Shown in pieces: positions 57,107-64,000 of a stretch of 64,000 bases of DNA. Position numbers and translations under genes: made by a program. The DNA is from Elusimicrobia bacterium RIFCSPLOWO2_02_FULL_39_32 (lineage in GTDB: Bacteria; Elusimicrobiota; Elusimicrobia; 2-02-FULL-39-32): the NCBI GenBank assembly GCA_001800135.1, contig MGUU01000024.1, positions 31,844 through 95,843 on the forward strand, written 5' to 3'. The notes beneath the pieces are model-generated. The model saw only the letters and a program-made list of their open reading frames with translations, searched no databases and had not been told where the DNA came from. The number at the start of each line of letters is the position of its first letter. Position 1 is the first letter of the stretch.

Positions 57107-58672
57107 ATGACCGTTTCTTCTGTTGAGATTAACGGGCAATTCCAAAAAGCTTTGGACGGGATAGAGTCCAAAAAAAATCTTTTTATCACTGGCAAGGCTG
57201 GTACAGGTAAATCCACTCTTCTCAATTATTTTCGGCAACACACTCAACGTAAAGTCGTGGTGCTGGCTCCGACTGGAGTCGCGGCCCTTAATGTGCAGGG
57301 CGAAACTATCCATTCCTTTTTCGGTTTCAAACCTGATATTACGTTTGAGAAAATCAAAAAATTAAAAGAGAGGAGAGCCCGCCTTTACCAAGAAATCGAA
57401 GCGATTATCATAGATGAAATTTCCATGGTTCGCGCTGATTTACTGGATTATGTGGACCGGTTTCTGCGTTTGAATGCTAAATCATCTAGGCTTCCGTTCG
57501 GAGGTGTACAGATGATCCTGATTGGCGATCTGTACCAACTTCCTCCTGTTGTCATTTCTAAAGAAAAAAAGATTTTTGAGACACAGTATGAAAGCCCTTA
57601 CTTTTTTGATTCGCAGCTCTTTCGCGCTCATCCAATGGAGATGATCGAACTTGAGAAAGTATATCGTCAAAAAGATCAGCGTTTCATCAAACTGTTGAAT
57701 GCGATCCGCAATAACACCATTACCGAGGATCAGTTGCAGAACTTAAACTCAAGGGTGGGAGCAAAACTCGCTCCTGTTAAAGAGACAGACTACACCATTC
57801 ATCTAACTCCGACTAATGCCATGGCTGCTGAAATTAACGCAGAACACTTAAGCCGTCTCAAGGAGCAAGTCCATACCTATTCTGCCCTGATTTCAGGACG
57901 GTTCGAGAGCCATGCCCATCCTGCGGATGAGAAGCTTCAAATGGCAGCGGAAGCGCAGGTCATGCTTTTAAATAATGATTCCAGCGGGCGGTGGGTGAAT
58001 GGCACACTGGGCAGGGTGGAAGCGATCGAGTACGACCATGAAACGGGCGAAGACATCATTCAGGTGAGGCTCTCCAACGGACTCATAGAAGATGTCCAGC
58101 CATATACTTGGGATATATTTCATTTTACATTTAACAGTGAGAGACAAATAATAGAGACAGAGACTTTGGGCTCATTCAGGCAGTATCCCTTAAAACTAGC
58201 ATGGGCCGTAACCATTCATAAGAGCCAAGGGAAGACATTTGATCGTGTGGTAATTAATATGGGACACGGGGCTTTTGCGCACGGACAAACTTATGTGGCA
58301 TTAAGCCGATGCAGATCCCTGGAAGGCATGAGCTTTGTAAAACCTGTGCAAAAAACGCACATTTGGACTGACTGGAGGATTGTCCGGTTCATGACGCGCC
58401 ACCAATACGAAGATTCCGAGCAGAAGTTGCCGCTAAACCAGAAACTCGAAACAATTCAAAAAGCGATTGAGAGTGAATCCCATTTAGACATCGTTTACTT
58501 AAAGGCAACCGATGACAAAACACGGCGCACTATTATCCCACGCGAAGTCGGACCTATGGAATACCAAGGCAAATCTTTTACTGGGCTCGCAGCCTATTGC
58601 CTAAAACGCAGGGATGAACGCGTTTTCCGTGTGGACCGGATTCTAGAGATGAAAGTGGTAGAGAGAAAATGA
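57107..58672 (+). CDS. Pif1-family SF1B helicase with C-terminal WYL domain
   Basis: GKAGTGKS, APTGVAA, IIDEISM, GDLYQLPP, TIHKSQG, YVALSR; C-term AYCLKRRDERVFRVDRI; ATG 57107. Confidence 0.9.
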   Translation: MTVSSVEINGQFQKALDGIESKKNLFITGKAGTGKSTLLNYFRQHTQRKVVVLAPTGVAALNVQGETIHSFFGFKPDITFEKIKKLKERRARLYQEIEAIIIDEISMVRADLLDYVDRFLRLNAKSSRLPFGGVQMILIGDLYQLPPVVISKEKKIFETQYESPYFFDSQLFRAHPMEMIELEKVYRQKDQRFIKLLNAIRNNTITEDQLQNLNSRVGAKLAPVKETDYTIHLTPTNAMAAEINAEHLSRLKEQVHTYSALISGRFESHAHPADEKLQMAAEAQVMLLNNDSSGRWVNGTLGRVEAIEYDHETGEDIIQVRLSNGLIEDVQPYTWDIFHFTFNSERQIIETETLGSFRQYPLKLAWAVTIHKSQGKTFDRVVINMGHGAFAHGQTYVALSRCRSLEGMSFVKPVQKTHIWTDWRIVRFMTRHQYEDSEQKLPLNQKLETIQKAIESESHLDIVYLKATDDKTRRTIIPREVGPMEYQGKSFTGLAAYCLKRRDERVFRVDRILEMKVVERK

Positions 58673-58689
58673 ACCACTTCGATGGGAGG

Positions 58690-58953
58690 CTATGCTGCGT
58701 GATGTAAGAGAGTTTCATTGATAATCGTCTGATAGCCTATTCCCTTCTTTTTAGCTTGAGTTCGTGCCCATTGAATAGCTTTTGGATGCAATCGAATGTG
58801 AATATCTTGATACTTGTCTTGTTCTTTTGGTGGACGGCCGCGCGATCGGCGTTTGATGTGAAAAGTCTTCTCGATAGCTTCTCGAAACATCTGGTTCTCT
58901 TGAGGAGTAACTCTCCGCGCTTTAGAAAAGTTAAACTCTCTTATTTTCTTCAT
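58690..58953 (-). CDS. brnA: BrnA antitoxin
   Basis: EFNFSKARR, RGRP, IHIRL, GIGYQTIINETL; ATG 58953 overlaps the toxin end. Confidence 0.85.
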   Translation of the reverse strand: MKKIREFNFSKARRVTPQENQMFREAIEKTFHIKRRSRGRPPKEQDKYQDIHIRLHPKAIQWARTQAKKKGIGYQTIINETLLHHAA

Positions 58954-59215
58954 AGGATCTCCTTTCTTTATGATTAGCTCTGCGGGCACTAATAATCCTT
59001 ATCGTTTGACCCGGAGGACGTATTGTAAACACCACAACCAGTACACTGGTGACTGAATCCCCAATTAACCATTGCCTGGTCTCGTGGGCGGAATGTTTTG
59101 AGTCTTCCATGATAAGAGCATATGGATCATCGAATGCAAAAGTAGCGGTCTTAAAGCTGATTCCATGTTTGAGGGCATTTCTTTTTGCCTTTTCATTGTT
59201 CCATTCAAACGTCAT
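58931..59215 (-). CDS. brnT: BrnT toxin
   Basis: FEWNNEKA.RN..KHGISF, LVVVFT, IRIISARRA; ATG 59215. Confidence 0.92.
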   Translation of the reverse strand: MTFEWNNEKAKRNALKHGISFKTATFAFDDPYALIMEDSKHSAHETRQWLIGDSVTSVLVVVFTIRPPGQTIRIISARRANHKERRSYEENKRV

Positions 59216-59250
59216 ATTTATAGTGTACACAGAAATTAGCCGAATGTCAA
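59216..59250 (-). promoter_or_regulatory. brnTA promoter (leaderless geometry)
   Basis: TTGACA-N17-TACACT-N6-ATG on the minus strand. Confidence 0.7.
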
Positions 59251-59523
59251 GTTCCACATGAGCGGCATCTCCACAGAACATCTTAGCTTTTTTCCTTTTC
59301 ATTCTATTTTGGTTTGTTTCTTTTAATTGCTATGGGTTCTGTCGTTGGCAAACAAATTCTGCCTTTAAGCCGGTAACTTTTGCCTTCAAATGGAACGATA
59401 TTAGTGGGTTTGGGTTTGATCTCTGGGAACTGAGCAACCTTTGTCTCGTCACTAGTCTCTTTAGGTTGAGTGCATTTTGCTTCTCCTCTACTCTCTGTAG
59501 GTTGAGCGCTCTCTGCTGTCTGA

Positions 59524-59988
59524 GCAGCCTCGCGCTGGCTGGATGTTTTAGAAACTTTCCATTATCATTTTAGGATATACCCATTTGCACGAGTTCCTTA
59601 TCGTTCTCTTAAAAAAGTTCCAAAGCTATACCTATGTGACTGGTCGGAAGTTTCCAACGAAGCCGCCCGTTTTGAAAATATGGTTGCCTCTCACTTCTTT
59701 AAATTCGTCAGCTGGTGGCATGACCGTGAAGGTTACAAGGCAAAGCTATATTTCTTGCGTGATTCTTCCCATCGGGAAGTAGATTTTTTGGTGACCGTTG
59801 ATGAAAAACCATGGTTTGCAGTTGAAGTTAAAATGGAAGATGACAGCATCTCGTCTAATTTAAAATATTTTCAAGAAAGGTTAAAAATTCCTTTTGTTTA
59901 CCAGGGTGTGAGAAAAAAAGGGGTTGATAGATTTATAAATGGGATTCGAATTATTTCTGCTGATAAGCTGCTTGTTGGGTTAGTTTGA
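59524..59988 (+). pseudogene. C-terminal remnant of AAA_14/DUF4143 ATPase-nuclease
   Basis: Frame open from TGA 59521: SRWLDVLE..RSLKKVPKLYLCDWS..ARFENMVA..REVDF..AVEVK; N-terminal ATPase missing. Confidence 0.75.
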
Positions 59989-59998
59989 TCAGAATAGG

Positions 59999-62900
59999 TT
60001 ATGCTTGGAATTTAAAATGTAAGGTTTGTCTGTGATATTCTTCTGTTTTGTTTAATTCTAACCCTAGTGTCTCTTTTTGAAGAATAAGTTCATTATCTTT
60101 AAATAGAATTTTTCCATTTTTTCCTGATAGTTTTCCTTGCAGCATATTTTTTAATATTTTTAATTCTTTGCCTCTTACTTTTAGTTCATCTCCAGAGCTT
60201 AAAGTTATAGCCCACTTTACAGTCTGTTTCCAATACTCATTTTCAGGCCGATCTGTAAATAGAGTAACAATGGATGCGTTTTTTTCTATTGCAAGATTTA
60301 CCGCCTGTTCTGGCGTTTGAACTGTAAAGAGCACCATCTCTTCTGGAATTTCTAACTCAAGCAACATGGTCTGAATGATTCTTTTTGCCTGATTTGATTG
60401 CACAATAAACCCGATCTTAGGATTTCGGTTGTTTTCAGAACTAGAGTGAAGAGAGATAAATTTTACTAGACCTAGGATCCAATCCTGATATTTTTGAGGT
60501 AGATCAAAACCATCTTCTTCTATTGCCATATCTTCTGGAAAATCAATGAGATGGAGCGGAAATTGTTTTGTATTAGATTCAGCCTGAATCGCAGCCTGAT
60601 TGATTTGGTAAGAACCATAAGAAAAGGGTGAGAGCTCTTGTTTTACAATTAACTCAATCTCATTTTCAATTTTTTCTTTAGTTTTAGTGATATTCTTCTC
60701 TGACTCATTGGAATTTTTTGGATGGGAGTTTAAAGAAGGCGTAAGCAATTCAGGAAGCAAATTTTTAAGCAGCGCTGCGCTATAAAGACCATGAGCTAGA
60801 ACCACAATAAAGTAGGGAACCAGATGGTTTAAGATAGAAGATGGCAGCGGCAGAAAGTTGAGAGAGACTATGTAGATAAGACTAAATAGTAAGGCAGGGA
60901 TTAGATATTTAATAAAATTGGGCCAATCCTCTTTTTCTTTGTAGTTCCAAAGAAGAATACCTTTATCCCAGTTTTGATCGTTCGCTCTTATGACCCATCT
61001 TACCATGATGTGAGAAAGGGCAAAGCCAAAGGTCATCCAACCAAGTAAGGAGGAGGTATATAATAATTCTTGAGTATTAAAACCTAAACTGCTGATTAAA
61101 ATAATAGGAAGAACTCTAAACAGCGTTTCCTCCCAGATGGGCGCAACTACTTTTGGTTCTCCTAACCAGTAGAGAAGGTTATGGAACCGTTCTCCAAGAT
61201 GAGAAGGATTGCGAATTCGTCCTTTTAAGTAATAGGGGTAAAAAATTGAAGCTGGGATTCCTCCATTTCTGAACTCTGCTAAAAATTGAGTTCTTGTATG
61301 AGCTTTTGTTTCAGATTCTGCAATGTCGTCCGCGCTATAGCGAATAGTCTCTGGCCCATTTCTTCCATGCCGTCCTATGAATCGTTCTAGAACTTGCTGC
61401 ATTTTGGCAGGCACGTCTCGGGTGGATTCAGCCCATACTCCTTGACCTTTATGGTAGAGATCTAAAATCAGTTCAGCTCCTTTTCCTATTCCAAGCCCAA
61501 CCACCACAATATGAGGTTTACTGTTAATCCATTTTCTAAATCTGTCGCGGCTGAACTGGAAGTTAGGATCTCCATCGGAAAAATGAATTACAAGATTTAA
61601 TGTGTTTTTTTCTTTTAAAGGAATTCTTTTAAAAGCATGGTACATGGCTCTTAGATCATTATTCCCAAGATATGTCTTAGCCACCTTACTCATCACTTCT
61701 ACAACTTTTTGTTTGTTGAGTTTTTCTCCATACTTAAAATAGAATTCCATGGGTAGATTATCATGGAATCCAACCACTTCTAATATAATTCCTTTTTTCT
61801 GGTCCTCTTGGATAGCAAGAAGCATCATCAATACAGCATCTGCCGCTGCTTCAATCTTAGCCCCATCCATACTTCCGCTCTGGTCAATTAAAAGAGATAT
61901 TCTGACTTTATATTGTTTTGGAATTTTTCTTTGCTTAAAGATCAGATCCTCGCCCGCTACAGCTAAAGGCAGCGCCGCATCATCCAGCATTCCTTTTTCT
62001 CTCCACCTCTGCCAATATCCCACCTGTCTTTGATAGAACTTCCTAAACACAGTTTTCATTCGGTTCACATCTGTTTGCACTCTTTCGTAACGCGCATTGT
62101 AATCAGCCTGTTCTTTTTCTGTGATTCCTTCTCGATCTCTTTCTTCTTTATCTCTTTTTGCAGCTTCCTCCTCTTCTTCCAAGCGTTTTTGTTCCTGTTC
62201 TTCATCATAACGATCCTGTTCTTCTTGCGCCCTTTCAATGGATTCTTTAAGGGATTGGATCGCTTCTTTTAATTTATCTTTGTCTAACGGATTTCCATCT
62301 TCGCCGACCATTAAGGGTGGAGCTATCTCTGGCCGATTTTTATCTTTTTCCCCTAATTCTTGTTTAGCTTGCTTAAGTAACTCTAATTTTTCTTCTGGAC
62401 TTAAACTGTCCCAAGCTTTTTTTAACTGCTGCAACAACTCCTTTTTTTCTTGGTCTGACAGTTTTTCCCATGGAATTCTATCTCCAGCTTCTTTTCCTTC
62501 TCCTCCTTTTCCTCCTGCAATTGCTTTAGATTGAGCTTTGTCTTCTATAGATTTCTGAACCAAAGCTTGGAATTCTTCTGTGTCATAGAGTTCTTCCATC
62601 TTTTTTTTGTGTTCAGCCACCTCTTTTGTTAAATAAACCTCTTTTGCGCGATCTTGTAAAGTCTCAATCGCATCTAAAACTTGCTGGTTAAGAATCGTTG
62701 GATCTTTTTTTCCATAGACCCATTCATAGATGACCCCTAATGTAAATTGAAAATATAAAGGTTGTTGCGCCATAAGAATTTGGTGTTCTTCCAGGCTTTT
62801 ACCATAACGGGTAGGAGAATAGGTTTCATCATATCTTGCCATCAGCCAGTTGCGGCTGCCTACAAAATCTTCAATACCTTTGAGATTGATCCAAATATCT

Positions 62901-64000
62901 CCAACTCCATTATCTAAGAGAGCAGCGCCCAGTTTAGATAAGAATTCGCTGCTGGATGCTTCTGGATGGCGATAGAGAAGTTCAAATAGTTCATGATAAA
63001 GAACTCCTAAAACACTTTCTTCACTTCCAGGCTGAATCATATCTTCTGCTACGAAATTCATCTCTCTGGGTTTCATATCTTTTGTATTCCATATGCACCG
63101 CCATGTCCTCATCATTCCCAATTCACCTGCTTCAGGAATAGGGTACCATGCTTTTAAAGGTATGCCCAATCCTGTTGTGATTTGCATGACTCTTTCTAAT
63201 ACCCGTCTCCTTTCTCTAGCTCTTCCTTGATCTTGTAAGGAAGGGTTGCCAACCTCCCACCATCTTTCTGGATTATATTTTTCTTCTCCATCTTCATCCT
63301 TATTCCCAGTTGCTAAATTCATGGAAAGAGCTGCTACAGCTCCTATTTTTGTGACTGCTCTAAGCGCAACATTTTTTGCTATAGGAACAACTTTTTTAAA
63401 AGTTTTGCCAAATTCTTTTGCGAGCAGCGCCACTGCTAAAGATTCTCTCTCTGCTTTTGGTCTTAATGCCATTCCCATTTTTTGTTCTAAAAGTTCTATA
63501 GGATCTTGGTTAGGATAATGCTTGATACTTTCAACGATTCGTTCTAAAGCGCGGAAGGATGGTTTTTTAAGACTTGTTTTTCTCATGTTATTCGCGTAAG
63601 AAACCAATGTTTCAATATCTTTTCTTAAAATTTCATTCCCTTTTCCAGCAATTCTCATCAAGAGATCCACTTCTTCCTCTTCTGGCAAATACCCTATCTC
63701 TACCCCATACATTCTGTCCATAAAGTCCGCCATCATGTCGTTCACTTCCACTCTTCCTCCCGGAGGGTTCATGGTCATCACTAAACTAAATCCCTGTTTA
63801 GCTTTAATTCTATTAGTAAGAATCTTTCTGCCATCAGGCAATGTGAGTTCTATTTCTCTAGGCAATATCAGCTCTTTAAACTGTAACGCGTGGTTCAATA
63901 CTGCTAAGACTCCGGGAGTGGCTCTATTGACTTCATCTGCAATAAAGGGTCTTCCTTCTAACATGGCTCGAGCGAGTGGAGACAGTTCATAATCTGTGGA
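59999..64000 (-). CDS. Large multidomain protein, 5'-partial: MoxR/midasin-type AAA+, peptidase-like, coiled coil, VWA, CPBP-like TM module, C-terminal domain
   Basis: Frame stays open to 64000 (STDYELSPLARAM); FIADEVNRA Walker B, TMNP, DRM; DQSGS MIDAS; APIWEETLFR. Confidence 0.85.
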   Translation of the reverse strand, partial: STDYELSPLARAMLEGRPFIADEVNRATPGVLAVLNHALQFKELILPREIELTLPDGRKILTNRIKAKQGFSLVMTMNPPGGRVEVNDMMADFMDRMYGVEIGYLPEEEEVDLLMRIAGKGNEILRKDIETLVSYANNMRKTSLKKPSFRALERIVESIKHYPNQDPIELLEQKMGMALRPKAERESLAVALLAKEFGKTFKKVVPIAKNVALRAVTKIGAVAALSMNLATGNKDEDGEEKYNPERWWEVGNPSLQDQGRARERRRVLERVMQITTGLGIPLKAWYPIPEAGELGMMRTWRCIWNTKDMKPREMNFVAEDMIQPGSEESVLGVLYHELFELLYRHPEASSSEFLSKLGAALLDNGVGDIWINLKGIEDFVGSRNWLMARYDETYSPTRYGKSLEEHQILMAQQPLYFQFTLGVIYEWVYGKKDPTILNQQVLDAIETLQDRAKEVYLTKEVAEHKKKMEELYDTEEFQALVQKSIEDKAQSKAIAGGKGGEGKEAGDRIPWEKLSDQEKKELLQQLKKAWDSLSPEEKLELLKQAKQELGEKDKNRPEIAPPLMVGEDGNPLDKDKLKEAIQSLKESIERAQEEQDRYDEEQEQKRLEEEEEAAKRDKEERDREGITEKEQADYNARYERVQTDVNRMKTVFRKFYQRQVGYWQRWREKGMLDDAALPLAVAGEDLIFKQRKIPKQYKVRISLLIDQSGSMDGAKIEAAADAVLMMLLAIQEDQKKGIILEVVGFHDNLPMEFYFKYGEKLNKQKVVEVMSKVAKTYLGNNDLRAMYHAFKRIPLKEKNTLNLVIHFSDGDPNFQFSRDRFRKWINSKPHIVVVGLGIGKGAELILDLYHKGQGVWAESTRDVPAKMQQVLERFIGRHGRNGPETIRYSADDIAESETKAHTRTQFLAEFRNGGIPASIFYPYYLKGRIRNPSHLGERFHNLLYWLGEPKVVAPIWEETLFRVLPIILISSLGFNTQELLYTSSLLGWMTFGFALSHIMVRWVIRANDQNWDKGILLWNYKEKEDWPNFIKYLIPALLFSLIYIVSLNFLPLPSSILNHLVPYFIVVLAHGLYSAALLKNLLPELLTPSLNSHPKNSNESEKNITKTKEKIENEIELIVKQELSPFSYGSYQINQAAIQAESNTKQFPLHLIDFPEDMAIEEDGFDLPQKYQDWILGLVKFISLHSSSENNRNPKIGFIVQSNQAKRIIQTMLLELEIPEEMVLFTVQTPEQAVNLAIEKNASIVTLFTDRPENEYWKQTVKWAITLSSGDELKVRGKELKILKNMLQGKLSGKNGKILFKDNELILQKETLGLELNKTEEYHRQTLHFKFQA

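Noticed and set aside
587-63992. Many 60-130 aa ORFs antisense or out-of-frame within long genes
   Set aside because: Shadow ORFs with no motifs, overlapping well-supported CDSs; includes 56799-57029(-), which is antisense to the CxxC gene

Overview
AT-rich bacterial chromosome segment. The pilin type, the FlgD/T9SS-CTD-like tailed protease and the giant proteins suggest Elusimicrobiota or a similar lineage (inference). Housekeeping blocks: alaC-hom-thrC, HU, leuCD, sdhCDAB, folK-panB, cysH, purN, sulfonate-type ABC + cysteine synthase, tRNA-Leu-tig-clpP-clpX-lon, aminotransferase-serA and an ABC/TPR cluster. Accessory region 1 is an M6 metalloprotease divergent from an 18.3-kb giant gene (6091 aa), with a symmetric 3+3 box operator array between them and higBA downstream. 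Accessory region 2 holds YhcG/DUF1016, two unannotated small ORFs, a Pif1-WYL helicase, brnTA, a DUF4143 ATPase remnant and the 3' end of a second large gene (AAA+/VWA) that runs off the window. Main candidate novel system: giant multi-enzyme proteins whose cytoplasm-type domains (phosphatase, kinase-like, His kinase, HTH, methyltransferases, GNAT-like, caspase-like, AAA/VWA) are separated by repeated ~4-TM modules with CPBP/Rce1-like protease motifs. All domain calls are motif recognition by eye; no searches were run.
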